Positions 11,301 to 24,730 are shown, counted from the first letter of the whole stretch. The stretch is DNA of 63,009 nt, filler included, from Chiloscyllium plagiosum (GCF_004010195.1; 4 parts of one record of this genome joined end to end with filler, not necessarily neighbours in it); one strand, 5' to 3'. Notes: generated by a model not told the origin, from the letters alone. Program-made: numbers and translations.

Positions 11301-13272
11301 GCAGTGGTCAGAGAAGAACACCGACTTGACGTCGGTGGATCTGACTGAGAGCGTTCGGGACACAAACAGATAATCTATCCTTGAGCAGATAGGCCCGCCT
11401 GCCCGTGACCAGGTGTACCTACACTGCGCTCCGTCTGCAGGGGTGCTAAAGACGTCGTGCAGTTTGGCATCTTTTATCGTGTCCATCAGGGCTCTGTACG
11501 TGGCGTCCAGTTTTACTGCCCCCCCGCCGGATTGTCCATCTGCATCAATGATACAGTTGAAGTCTCCAGCCAGAATGACCGGCCTGGACATAGCCAGCAA
11601 CAGTGAAAACCGCTGCAGGACGGCCAAGCGTTCACTCTTACCCGCTGGGGCGTACACATTAATCAGACTCGGGGAGCATTCCTGTACATGACGTTGGTGA
11701 CGAGGAAGTGCCCGCCCACCACCCCCTTAACCTCGGAGATGGTGAAGTTGCCTCCTCGCAACAGGATACCCAGGCCGGAGGCGCGGCTATCGTTGCCCCC
11801 CAACCAAACTGACGGCCCACGGGCCCACACGCTCGACCATCTCCTGTAGCTGCTGAGGTGTGGTATCCCACACTTCTGCAGAAACAGGATGTCGGCTTTA
11901 ACACTGGCCAGGAAGGCCATTGTAGAAACACATCGCGTAGCCGATTTGATGCTACATACATTGATGCTGGCAATTCTTATCCCCATTTTAACAGTTTAAG
12001 AGGTTACCAGTGTCCATTTGCTGCTGGTCTTGCCTCTCTGGGGTAGCTGTGTGCATCTCCGTGGTGATGGCAAACTGCTGGACCCTCCGAGGGCTGAGGT
12101 AGCTGTCCACTCCACGCTGGGGCCATTTCCCCGCTCTGGTGTCTTCAGGTCGCAAGGTCCACACAGTCCAGTTCGCCATCTGACAGCAGGGCTGTCACAG
12201 GACCGCTGTTCCCAGTTACCTGGTGGGACGGTGGGTACCTCTTGGTTCTCACAGAGTGGGGAGAAGCCTTTACCCATCCCCTCAGAGGGATCGTTTCTTC
12301 CTGTCTGGGTGGTGCTGCCCTCCTTTTTCCCCGCGGCGCTCTGTCTCTTCTTCTGGTGACGACCTCCTTGCGCCCATCCTCACCGTCGGAAGAGCTGCCT
12401 ATATCCTCGTTGTGTAGGTGTCGCTTCCTCCTTTGCTGGGTGGCTTTGGGGGCCTTGTGAGGTTTCCTCTTCCTGCATTTGACAGTAATCCAATCCACTG
12501 CCTCCTTTGTTCCCTCCTCTTCCATTTCCTCCGTCTGTCTTGAAGGAGCTTGGATCGGCTGCTGCATCTCCCCACTGTCTACAGTCTGCTCCGCTACAGC
12601 CTACCCTTCCTTCTGGGTGCCTCCAGACATCGTTCCCGTGCTGTTTTGTGGTACCCTGCTGGTCTTAGGTGGTCCACGGCTCATGTTGCCACCTCTGGCT
12701 ATCTTTGCATAGGTGGCGGCCCCTTGTCTTGTACAGGCCTTGTACATGTGGCCCGCCTCCCCGCACAGATTACAGTTCTTGGCCTCCTTGGTTGGGTGGC
12801 CTTCCTGCTTGCAGTTTTGACAGACGGTCACCTTACAATTCGCCGCCATGTGGCCTGAACTCCCGCAGGTTTGGTACACTTTGCTGCCCTGTGTATTTCA
12901 GGTAACCTCTGCTTCCACCAATGGCAAAGCTGGAGGGTGGGTGGAGGATGTTCCCACTGGCATCGACCCTCAGTGTTACCCTGAGCTGTCGTTTGCTGGT
13001 CCAGATCCCGAGAGGATCGACCACATCAGTACTCTCTCCCTTGACCTGGACGTATCTTCTCAGGAAGGTCAGGATATCTGTTGCTGGGACGTGAGGGTTG
13101 TACATATGGATTGTTACAACCCGACTCCTCTGTGCAGGAAGCACACACAATGGGACCGCCGACAAGATGGAGAACAGAGGTTCCCCTTCCTTCTCCTTGA
13201 AGACCTTCAGGAGCTGCTCGCAATTCTTCACGCTCCTGAAGGTCACGTCGAAATCCTGCAGGCAGTACACAC
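8370..13272 (-). mobile_element. Tx1-clade (L1 group) non-LTR retrotransposon, near full length but frameshifted. ORF1 (zinc knuckles) ~11990-13270; ORF2 (APE endonuclease and RT) ~8570-11986
   Basis: ORF2 start MGIRIASINV, ILAGDFNC, SRIDYLF, FFSDH, WRPISLLNADYKILSK, LDQEKAFDR, VRQGCPLSP, LYMDDV; ORF1 CGSSGHMAANC/CQNCKQEGH/CNLCGEAGHMYKAC; AATAAA and A-rich tail at ~8370-8405. Confidence 0.95.
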
Positions 13273-13723
13273 CCTTTTTTTAAAATTTCAAAATATACTT
13301 TATTCATAGAAATAACTCTTTCGTATTTGTACAATTTGTCATGTCGTTCATAGATATATACATTGCATGTCTTTAAACATTACAAAGAACAGATTGAATT
13401 ACTCGAATTTACAGTTATCCTCTTTACAGTTCCCTTTATTAACCATCCAGTCTCTTGTTATTTAGCTGTGGCTTCAGCAGAACCCACCTACTGAGTGGGT
13501 GCCCTGTTATACTATAGCAAATGAACCTTTTTTAATCCCAGTGTATGGGGTTACCGTTGTCCATTTGACTGTCCTGTCTCTGGGGAAGCTGTCTGCATCC
13601 CCATGGTGAGCACCAACTGCTGGACCCTCGCTGGGCTGAGGTAGCTATCCAGGCTCTCACTGGGGTCATTTACCTGCTCTGGAGTCATTGAGCCAAGGCA
13701 AGGGTCCGCAACGTTCCCTCTTA
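13273..13723 (-). mobile_element. 3' end of a second Tx1-related element in which the ORF1 end joins the 3' UTR directly; runs into an assembly gap
   Basis: Tail TTTTTTTTAAAATTTCAAAATATACTTTATTCATA resembles 8375-8408; 13550-13682 resembles 12003-12140. Confidence 0.75.
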
Positions 13724-13823
13724 NNNNNNNNNNNNNNNNNNNNNNNNNNNNNNNNNNNNNNNNNNNNTTAATTAATTAANNNNNNNNNNNNNNNNNNNNN
13801 NNNNNNNNNNNNNNNNNNNNNNN

Positions 13824-14238
13824 GTCAGTTCTCGTAGGGCGGTTGCCAACAACCCACGCTCGGCGGTTAAACGTAACCCGGAGCAGACTCTACCGAACTG
13901 GGGACTTTCCCAGCTTATATACTCTTTCGAGATCTAAACATTCATGCGAACAACAGGGCAAGACTCTTTAGGAGTATCAGCTGGAACCAATTAAGCTTGC
14001 AACATCCTGTTTGACAGTGTCTGTTCCTTATCAAGGCTGGTAGCATAAACACCATAAGCAACACATTCCATTCCGGCAACATATTCATGCGAACAACAGG
14101 GCAAGACTAAGCAACACCTTCCATTCCGGTAACATATTCATGCGAACAACAGGGCAAGACTAAGAACACCTTCCATTCCGGTAACATATTCATAATAAGA
14201 TCCACACATGTATTGGGACATAATTTTAACCCTTTCAC
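13824..14238 (-). mobile_element. Probable LTR with ~53-bp tandem enhancer-like repeats
   Basis: Unit ACATATTCATGCGAACAACAGGGCAAGACTAAGCAACACCTTCCATTCCGG at ~14056-14192 with a partial copy at ~13938; minus-strand TATATAAG near 13914-13921; TG-start on the minus strand near 14236. Confidence 0.5.
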
Positions 14239-16677
14239 CACACCAGTTTATACTTTTCTAGTTCCTTATCTGGTGTCATTAGCATAACCGATCATACTAG
14301 CTTGTTTTGTTTTTCTAAACTAATCATCTGCCACGCTGCTTTGCTATTTTATACTTAACCTATCACATTACACCACTACCATCTTAGCATCTATCATGTG
14401 ATTTAACAAGCCTATCGTAGTGTGCCACCATTATCTGTTATGAGTCCAGCTATTGCTCATCCGTAACATGCATTACTGCACTAAGTTAACTCAATAACTG
14501 CCAAATTAACTTCCATATATTCCATATCCTCTCCTCTGTTGTAGGCTCTTGGTCAATCACTCTGGGTTGTAGCCTCACGATCCTTGGCTTCAACCACTGA
14601 AGGCACTGGAGTCCGAGACAGGAAGAGGTGGAGGAGCCTGACAACACAAGAGTGTCCTGGTAAGATTCCATGGGCCCTATGAGTTCCTTGTCATCTTTAT
14701 GGGTGTTTAATGGCACAATCATGTTGCTCTGAGAGGAAGGGACACTTAGAGTGATATTGAGGACTCACCTCCACCTCTTACTGAGTCTTTCTTGCTGAGC
14801 ACTTATAACTAATGTGATAGAATGCAGGTTAATGAGCTTATCCTGCACCCACGAAGAATGCTGAACCTGGGTTTCTAAGATAGTCACCAAACTGTCCCTG
14901 CAGACAGCCAAATACATGCATGCTGGAGCCAGCATAATATTGATGACATTGGAGGTCTCCTCCACCCTTCAATTTCACTTACTGCTGTATTAATGAAAAA
15001 CATACTTTTGCGTTTTTCCCCCCCCCCACTGAGACCTATATCTAATTGTGAGTACTTTGCAATATTATATTCTTAACAAATATTTTCAGCCCTCTCACCA
15101 TTCTCAGGGCCTTAATTGATGGTGGCTTGTAGATGATGTTCCTGTCCAGACTTGATTATTGAAATAGCAAATGGAGATGACTAGCTCACATGTACCAACT
15201 GATTCTATTATTGACTTTTTCTGGAACTTCCCAGTCATGTTTAAAGAAAGGAAAATCTCACTCATTCAATCAACTTATTGTATCACCTTTAGAGAGATCT
15301 CCCACTAAGAGCTGAACAAGTAAATGACCCAAATCCTTTTTCATAAGGCTACAGACTCACTGACCTATAGCACTGTAAGTATTATCTATTTTCAAAGGGC
15401 ACTTTGTACTATATAACTCAATTTAGTTGTAGATAAACATTAGAAATAACCATCTCCAAGTAAGTGGAATCCATATACCTCATTTGTGTTACATTTAGAA
15501 AACACAAAAAATATTATTATTTGGTGTGCATTTAGAAAACAAAACCAAGAAGAAACCAGCATTACAAGCAAATAGGCCAAGAGGAGTAGTAGCAAACAAA
15601 CGATTACAGGAATCCAAATGTTCCCACAATACAGAAAATAGAAGAAAGATTTCTTCACAGACTATTTTTCTCCAAGTTATCTAGGTTCACTTACACAGAT
15701 TTAAACCCACATTATGTGAAGACTATTTCAAATCTGAATGGCTGTTGGGATCAGATAAATTAAGGAAATGCCTAAATTCAAACATAGGAAAAGCACAGGT
15801 TTCATTTAGGAACAGCACAGAGTCAACAGAATAAACTCTAAAATAATGTTTAAAGCTAAAAAGTAGAAAAGGAACATTAAGTATAATGTTGAGAACAAAG
15901 AAGGATGGATACCAATTCGCTTGCAAGTAGTTGAAAGCCAAGAATCTCTCAATTGAATCCAAACTTTTTATACACACAATGCAGCTAAGACTCGCAGACC
16001 AAGCAATTGCAGCACTGAGCATGCAATCTGTGGAGATATAGATAGCTGTTGGTTATAAGAGGCTTCAGAGGGTCAATACATCTGGTTTATCTGAAGAGAA
16101 CCATAAAGATTCTGCCAAGATATGGAAAGTGTCAGAAAATCAGTTGCATTTAAGTCACAACTTAAGAATTCGCCACCTCGACTTTATATCCTACAGGCAA
16201 AAGGTATAAGAATCAATAGATGAACTCATCAATAGATGCAGTAACAAGGACAATGAATGTGACTTTTCAGAGACTGTGCTGGATAAGGGAGTTGGTAATT
16301 ACCTCAATATCTAACGAACCATTTCAAAAAGACCTCTTAGGAAAACTAAAATGTCATCACTTTGATTTAGTGCTAGCAGATTACAGCAAATCTGAAGCCA
16401 CTATGATGGAATGAAGCCAAAATATCGAAAACTAACTGGAAGCATTAGCTGAAGCAAATATTATTGACACTGTAGGCAGGACAAGCAAAACAAGCAGGCT
16501 GTATTGCAAGTGAGGTCTACTTCACTTACAGAAGCTGTGCCACATTCCAATAACTGTAAGGCATTCAGTATGAAAGGGCCTACTTATGCAAGGACTCTGG
16601 CTCTGAAGATGCCATCAGGCTACCACAGGGCACAGCCTAAGAGAATACAGGTGTAGCAGTACTTTTTCTTCCTTTAT

Positions 16678-16835
16678 TCTTTCATGGGATGTCGGCATCA
16701 TGTTTGTTCCCCATCCATTATTTCCCTTGAAATGAGTGACTTTTTAGGCCATTGCAGAGGGTGGTAAGGAGTCACCCACATTGCTGTGGACTGTAATCAC
16801 ATAGGCCAGCCTGGGTGAGAACAATAGATTTCCTT
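16678..16835 (-). mobile_element. Fragment of a second tRNA-derived SINE family (other copies at 24385-24730 and 51420-51710)
   Basis: Shared core AGTCA(A/C)CCACATTGCTGTGG...TCACAT(GT)AGGCCAG. Confidence 0.65.
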
Positions 16836-19139
16836 TTGGGACACAAAAGTTGATAGCAAAGGCAGCTCCAGAGTGGAGCAATTACAAACAGGATGGACAA
16901 CAGGCTTCCCACATAATGAATGTAATACATTGTGTGGACAAAGTCAACTAACTAGTCAAAGTTCCAAAGTATGTACCAAAATCATTGGAATTCAATGGTA
17001 CAAGTGACACTTTCAAAATTAACTGCATACAATAGGTGCATTGGTACCTTAACAATGCAGTTTCGTATATAAACCAGAGGTGGACACTGCAAGGGCTTTA
17101 TTTCCCCCTTCAATTCTATCTTGAGTTAATCCCTGCCTTCCCCTTCACCTTTAATTTACGTAAGCATTGCTCGCTCTCGGATTTGCTTGTCACTATTTCC
17201 TTGGCTACATGGGAGATCTTCCCAGTGGTGGAATAGTAATAAAGTTATTTATACTTGGTGTTTTTACTGTGTCTTGCACCTACACGCACACACATATGGG
17301 TGCTGGAAATATAAGTACAACCACTGTACAGCAGTAAGAAAAAACAAATAAACCACATATATCTTACCTGGTAGATATTAGCAGACCATCATTGGCAGGA
17401 CGACCAACTTGTACTGCTATTACCATTCTGACTACCTATGAGATTACTAATGGCAGCAGAAGAGACCAACAATATTCTAATTAAGTCAGATCAAGATTTG
17501 CAATAATTGAATCTGGCTTTTGGGCATTTTCTCTCTTGGTCTATGTTACGCTTGCCAACTTGCTGTGAGGATGGCTGTGCTAACCTATTGCAGCTGCAGT
17601 TGGGCTTAGATGTTCTGGATGAAAGTGCATAATGGTTAGGATACAGAAACAATGGGTAGCATCAATGTGTGAAGAATCGGTAATGACGGGAAGACCTGAG
17701 CCATTATTCCAAGATGTATCCTGCCAACTGTGACCCTCCTCCTCGAAAGTATGAAGGAACTCTGCATTAGAGAAGTGTCCTCCTCTTAAACTGCAACAGC
17801 ACTTCTTTGTGACCTGCTTCATGAAAAACTGAAATCAATTGATCTTCCCACAATATTTCTTACAGCGGTGAACATCACCACAGTCTTTACAGTACTAATT
17901 TCAGTCAATGAAGTGGTTTACTAGTTAACTTTTAGTCTTTCTGGAGCCATGATTTTAAACCAGCATGTGATAAGGAGTGGGGGATGGTGCCCTCCTTGTG
18001 GGATAATGTAAGTTTATTTATAGTGAGAGACTTTTATGATTGAAGACAGCAGATTAGTTGGATCAGCCATGGGAAATGCAAGGTTAAAGGGATAGGGTAA
18101 GGGGATGCTCTTCAGGTCAGTACAGACTCAATGGGCTGAATGGCTTGCTTCCATATTGTAAAGGTTCTATGAATCTAGACTATTATGCTGAAATAATGAT
18201 CTCTTAATTAGCCAAAAGCTAGAAGTATCACATAAACGCACTCGCTGAAGCCGTGTATGTTCAGTCTCTTCTTACTTTAACACAAAATGAACAAAAGTAT
18301 AACCTTTAATAACAAAATATCTAACAATTATGTGCTTTTAAACTCACTTATACAGTAGAAAGTGACTCCAACCTTCCTGATATCTTTAACAGAAGAGCAA
18401 ATAATTGACAAACCATGTATCTTACTCTGCAAATTATGAATCAGATTTGTTAAAAGTAGAATTAGAACATACTCAAAATATTTTGTAAGGTTACAAAAAC
18501 ATTCTTACAGATCAGATTTCAAAACAATAAAAATCTTTAAATTCTATCCACTCTAACTTGTACCTTGATTCAATGTTTATGTTGCAAAATATATAGTTAA
18601 ATTTGGGTATTCATGGTATCCTTCGTCACAGAGAACATATTTTAAGGGGAATTAAATAATTTGATGCAGAAGATATTCTTAAAATTGTTATTAAAGCACC
18701 AAGAAATACATTTTAAATTCTGTATACAATTTTATTTCTAGACTATTTCACTAAATTAATATATCTTTTAAAGTATACACTGATACATTTCATTCTTGTA
18801 AAAAGTATTTATCTTAACAGTTTGTATAAATAATTGTATGCTGAATCACTATGATTAACAACAGCTTTTCATTTTCACTCATGCAGAAAGTGCATCTGTA
18901 GTCTTGTAGTGTTTATCTTGCCTGCAAAAAAAAATATAATTTTCGGTAGTTAAAATTTGAAAGTACAGTTCAAAATGTGAACTTATTCAAATTATTATAC
19001 ACACTATTTAATAAATATAGATCACTTCTCAGTTTGCAGAAGTATCTCTGTTGCAGAAGATACAGAGATGACACTATCATAATGTCATAACTTCTAAACA
19101 TCAGCATTGATATTAGTACTCTGGCAGGGTAAGCTGGAA

Positions 19140-19845
19140 GATAAAATAGAACTGGTAGGTGTACTGTGCTTAGATTTTCAGAAGATAAGGTGAAAATGTT
19201 GACAACATCTCAATTGAAAATGTAGGTGCTGAACAAATGAGCAGTGTCGTGATAGATAAAGAAGACATGGGAAAAAGACTGGCAGAACTCCAGGTAGAGA
19301 AGTCGCTAGGCCAAATGGGATACATCCTAGATTGCTGAGAGGGGTAAGGGGGCAAATTGTGGAGTAACTTACAGAAAGTTCCCATGCCTCTCTGAACACA
19401 CGATTAGTCCCGGGGGACTGGAGAACTACAAGTGTGATGCCATAAAAAGGGCAAAGAATAACAGAAAATTGCAGACCTGTCAGTTTGATATCAGTAAGTG
19501 GGAAACTGATGGAAGCCATAATTTGGGATAGATAAATATACACAAAGAAAAGTAAGTTAATACTAGATAGTCAACATGGCTTTGTCAAGGGAAGGTCATG
19601 TATAACACATTTGAGTTCTTTGACAAGGTGATGCAGGCAGCGGATGAGGGTACTGCTGTGGATGTTGCATATTTGGAGTTTCAGAAAGCATTTATTACGG
19701 TGCCACATGGCAGATTAGAAGTGTTTGAGATTGATGACTTCTTGGCAACATAAATTAGATGTTGGCTAAAAGATAGGAAACAGAGGGTAGATATAGATGG
19801 GTATTTCTCTGACTGGAGACAAATTGAAAGTCATATTGTCCAAGT
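19140..19845 (+). mobile_element. CR1 LINE fragment (degenerate RT)
   Basis: CCCGGGGACTGGAGA, AGACCTGTCAGTTTG, CAACATGGCTTTGTCAAGGGAAGGTCATGT, TTTCAGAAAGCATTT motifs. Confidence 0.85.
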
Positions 19846-19849
19846 CACT

Positions 19850-19972
19850 TCACCTCACGAAGGAGAAGTACTCCGAAATCTTGTGATTTCAAATAAACCT
19901 ATTGGACAATAACCTGGTCTCATGCGACTTCTGACTTTGTCCACCCCAGTCTAACACTGGCACCTCCACATC
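19850..19972 (+). mobile_element. Penelope-type terminal repeat fragment with a degenerate hammerhead core
   Basis: CACCTCACGAAGGAGAAGTACTCCGAAA: stem GGAG/CTCC followed by GAAA, with the CUGANGA box mutated. Confidence 0.5.
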
Positions 19973-20659
19973 AGACTGCAAGAGCGTGGATCCATAAACT
20001 TATGCAGGACCAAATGCCTGACTAACTGTGGCCAATTCCTTGGATTGTAATTGGACATGTTTGTTATATAGGTAGTTGAGGGATGCTGCCTCTTTAAAAG
20101 AGCTGGTCTGGTGACCCAGAGGGACAGAGCTCGTGTCCGGTTTATATCCAGCTGTGGAGGCATGAGCAACGTCAATACAGTATTGCTGTTTAGATTTGTC
20201 ATTTGTCTACCTGGTAAATAATTGCTGGTTCCAAATGAAGCACCAACATAACGTAATGAGAGTGGAATTGCGCAAACTTGTGTGCGAACACCTTTCATCT
20301 GGAGGAAACATTCTCAGATTTCAGAAAAGTTGTGAAGTAATGTTGAGGAAAGTGGTTGCGAGGGGACTTGGACTGAAGTCCCCACCAGGAAAGAAGGTAC
20401 TCACCGGGGAGCGGGCCAAGAGTGGTGGTCATGGGGGGACTCAGGCTGATTGCTGAAGAAGAAAGAATGCACTCAGAGCTACCAAAGCTGTCATGGAGCG
20501 TGGTCATGAGGGTACTCGGGCTATGGGTGATGCCACGGAGGAACGGTATGCTAGCACAGCCGATCCGGAGCAGTCAACATGGAGAGTGTTCACTCAGGGG
20601 ATTTGGGCTGTGAATGGCTACTAGACTCAAGTGTTGAGAAAAATTTCCAGCAGCAGGAT

Positions 20660-23600
20660 AAACAAAACGGTTGGCCAATTTGGGCAATCAGATAGCTTGA
20701 AGAAGATCAGAAAATCAGACTTTATGCATGGAATGCTTGAATTTGTTCTTAAAGGTGAACGAGGTGACTGAGGACATCATGGTACCCCAAAAGTACCATC
20801 TAGAAGAAGACTTTCGCAATTTTAAGGGGTCTGGTACAATCAGAGAAACCCGCTAAGAAGATATTTCACATTTTTGAAAATTATTTCAAACCTGAGCTGC
20901 TGATGATGGTGGAACTTTTCCGTTTTCATAGCATGAAGGAGAGTCCATAGCCTAAATTTGTAGCCATCTTAAAGGGGTTAGTGGAACATTGCAAATTTGG
21001 AAGGTTTCTTCAAAGATGCCTTGAGGGCCCGTTTGGTTTGTGCCCTTCAAAATGTAGCCATCCAACTAAAGCTACTAACAAGGAGACCTGGATTTCAAAG
21101 CAGCTTTCGAAGTTGTTACCTCAATGGAGTTCGCCGTCAGCGAGGCAACCCAGTTGGCTGATGGCACCTGGGTATATAAAGTACTGGAAATTTGGTAAAG
21201 CGCAGTATCAACTGTAGAATGCTGCTAATGTAGCAAGACTGCCCACAAGGAGTCCATGTATTAGACCTGAGAGGCCCAGTGCTGCAGGTGTAAGTAAGTG
21301 GGTCATATTGTCCAAAATTGCCAATTGGAACCCAAATGAAAGAAGGGATTACCAATTCTGAGAACAAAGCACAAGGTACATGTTGCCAGCTGGGGAGTAG
21401 ACAAAGAATCAGGTGGATCTGTGGAAGAAGCAGAAGGCCTAAAGTCAGCAGATTTTTGATTAAACGCACTGTCGGTATGTGGTGAAGCTGATCATTTCTG
21501 GGTTCTTCCCAAAGTACAGGGGAAGACTGTAAAAATAGAAGAGATATGGGCACAGTAAAGTCCCTCATTCTGTCTATAGGGAGAAGTTGAGGGCATTACC
21601 AATGAAGCCTGCCAAAGTTTGGGTGAAGATTTGTAGCTCGGGTGCTCGTTGTTGTGGTTCTGTTCGCCGAGTTGGAAATTTTTGTTGCAAATGTTTCGTT
21701 CCCTGTCTAGGTGACATCCTCAGTGCTTGGGAGTCTCCTGTGAAGCGCTTCTGTGGTGTTTCCTCCGGCATTTATAGTGGCCTGTCCCTTCGCTTCCGGT
21801 TGTCAGTTTCAGCTGTCCGCTGTAGTGGCCGGTATATTGGAGGCTCCCAAGCACTGAGGATGTCACCTGGACAGGGGACGAAAAGTTTGCAACAAAAATT
21901 TCCAGCTCGGCGAACAGAACCACAACAACGAAGCCTGCCAAGATTATAATACGACATTTACTAGGAACAAGTGATGCCTCTGAAAGGCTATATTCTGGTG
22001 AAAGTACAGTTAAGGGATCAGTGTGCAGAATTACCATTTTATGCAGTAAAAGGCAAATATCTTGCATTATTCGGACACTAGGTTGCAAAACTTAAGGTGA
22101 ACTGGAGCATAGTTAATAAGCTGGCAGATTCAAATATGAGTTTGTAAGAGATCCTGGACAAGTACAAAGATGTCTTCGAAGGAGAAAACGAAAGGAGTCA
22201 AAATTAAATTACAACTGAAGCCAGAAGCCTAGGAGTCTGAAGCATGTTCAGTACCATATGCCATCTGATCTAAAGTGGAGGCTGAACTGGGCGAATATGG
22301 GAGACTTGGAACCAGTCTCATGAATGGGCCACTTCCATTACTCTGGTCTTAAAAAACAGATGACATGGTGAGGATTTGTAGTGACCTTAAGGTCATATCC
22401 AACCCAGCCCTGAGTGCTGATCAATACCTCTTCCACTCATTCAATGGACCAAGGATGAGCGGGGTGGGGAAGAGAATTCCAAAAAATGGATTTGTCGCAA
22501 TGGAGTCTCAGCCGCCACTGACAATAGTGACACATAGGAGACTTTTCCATAACAAACGACTTCCTTTTAGCACGTCACATCTGTTCCAGAGGACCAAGGA
22601 TCAAATATTAAGTGGGTTGCCAGGAGCCCAGAGTTATTTGGACAATATTTTGATTACTGGATCCTCCAAAGAGGATTTCAACAATTTGGAAGGAATCCTA
22701 AAAAGATTGCAAAGAGAGAAATGCAAGTTTTTAAAAGACCCCATAGAGTACCTGGAACATGTAATTATGGTGAGGGGCTGCAGAAGGTGCCCAAGATGTA
22801 GAGTATCATGAAGGCCCCTAGATGAGAGAATGTGATCAACTGAGATTGTTCTTGGGACTTGTAAATTATTATGGTAAGTTCATGTCTCATCTGGCAACCT
22901 TGCTAAAACTCCTGCATCTGTTGCTGGTAAAATGGAGGCCACAGAAATGGACCCAGGAATGAGAGATGGCACACCAAGATATGAAGCAAGCCTAAAAAAT
23001 GTCAGACTTGTTCACACATTTCGACCTGAAGTTGCCGCCATAGTTATTGTGTTAAGCCTTGCCTTATGGGATTTTTACCAAATGGAGAAGAACGATAGTG
23101 TTTGCATCAAGATCATTAATGAAGCCAAAGGAGAATTATGCTCAAATTGAAAAAGAAGGCATTAAGAAGTTATACCACTTCTTTTATGCCAGGCCATTCA
23201 CACTACTGACTGACCACAGAATTCCAACATTCATTATTTTCCTGCACACAGAAATCCATCAATGGCAGCAGCACGACTGCTGAGATGGGCACTGGCTCTG
23301 TCAGTCTACTCATAATATCAAATAGTGACAGGCGGAGAAGTACAACAATGCAGATGCTTTGTCAAGGTTACCATTATCTTGAAGTAAAGATGTTCCTGAC
23401 TGGAACCTTAAAATTATGTACTTTTCCCAGGGAGACAAGGTACCAGTGTCAATGAATCAGGTACAGAACACAACCTGGAATAACCCAGCTTTGAGCCTAT
23501 TGGCAGGCTTAATCCAGAAGGGAAGGACTTGTCATAGAGACAGTCCAGAATTATACCCTTACAGATGTTGTCCATATCAAATGGGTGTTTAATGTAGGGA

Positions 23601-23700
23601 ATGTAATTTCTCCCCTATAAGATGGGAGGTGCACAAGTGGAACAAGTGCACCAAGGGCATCCCTCCAAATGACCCGAGGTGGCGGACATGAAGTCGGTAT
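20660..23700 (+). mobile_element. Degenerate Gypsy/Ty3 LTR retrotransposon internal region (gag-pro-RT-RNase H)
   Basis: VEHCKFG (gag), VRICSDLKV...KRLPF...SYLDNILITG...KCKFLKDPIEYL (RT), IVFASRSL...NYAQIEKE...FTLLTDH (RNase H). Confidence 0.85.
21616..21929. mobile_element. Short Penelope-derived insertion with ~92-bp inverted arms, each carrying a hammerhead-like motif
   Basis: 21646-21738 is the reverse complement of 21839-21931; flanking direct repeat GAAGCCTGCCAA (21604-21615 and 21930-21941). Confidence 0.85.
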
Positions 23701-24384
23701 CAGCGGATGCAGCAATAGACCAACTGGATGAAACATATACAACAACTACAACAGAAATTGCTGAAAAAGGTCAATAGATCTGGCAGCATCTATGGTGAGA
23801 AATCAGAGTTAATGTTTTGGGTTGAGTGATCCTTCCTCAGAATTGGATGAAATTCTGACCACGTGACAAACAGCCAGACAGAGCTTGGGTCCAGTCTAGA
23901 ATGGGCTGTGGAGATGTGAACATTGTCAATTGTGTGTTTCTGCTCAGATTTACCATTTGTCTGGCTCCATGTCAACGCTAAAACAATCTTCATAAATAAG
24001 GTATCTGGCTGTCCCTCAGTACAAAGTGATCCGGAAGATGCAGACAAATCCTAGCTGTCCCTCAGATACAAAGTAGATGCTTGAAGTCCTGACGTTGGGG
24101 CTGAGTTAGTCCAAGAGCAACCATAATATTGTTGTGAGGCTGGCACTTTGCTTGTACCAAATGGAGTCAAGTGTCCAGGAAAAGTGTAGTCATTGACCAT
24201 GGAGGGTCTTTGGAGAAATGATGGAGAAGTTAGAGTCGAAAAGTACAGCAGGTCAGGCAGCATCTGAGGAGCAGGAGAGTTGACATTTCAGGCATAAGCC
24301 CTTCATCAGGAACACGGAGGGTCCTTGTTCAGAAGCGGTTCCATGTAAACAGAAACTAGAGGGCTAACACAGCTTATTTTAAAA

Positions 24385-24730
24385 TTCATTCACAGGATGA
24401 GGGTATTGCTGGCTAGGCAGCATTTCTTGCCTATCCTTAATTGCCCAGTGGACAGTTAAGAGTCAACCAGATTTCTGTGGGTGTGAAGTCACATGTAGGC
24501 CAGACCAGATAAGGATGGCAGTTCCCTTCCCTAAAGGACATTTGTGAACCAGATGGCTTCTTCCTGACAATCAGCAATGAATTCATGGTTATCAATAGAT
24601 TCTTAATTCCAGTTATTTATTGAATTCAAATTCCATTGCCTCCCGTAGCAAGATTTGAACCCAGTCACCAGAATTTTACTTGGATCTCTGGATTAACAGT
24701 TCAGCGACAAAACCACTGAACAATTGCCTC
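24385..24730 (-). mobile_element. tRNA-derived SINE (second family)
   Basis: Minus-strand B box GGGTTCAAATCT near 24652-24663; core shared with the copies at 16678 and 51420. Confidence 0.75.

Noticed and set aside
13768..13779. TTAATTAATTAA embedded in N runs (also at 35435-35446 and 54792-54803)
   Set aside because: The identical 44N + 12 + 44N (100-bp) pattern occurs three times and has stops in all six frames, so it is an assembly or scaffolding linker.
17360..17374. ATCTTACCTGGTAG, similar to the U1 5' end
   Set aside because: Similarity does not extend; better explained as a minus-strand splice-donor-like motif or chance.
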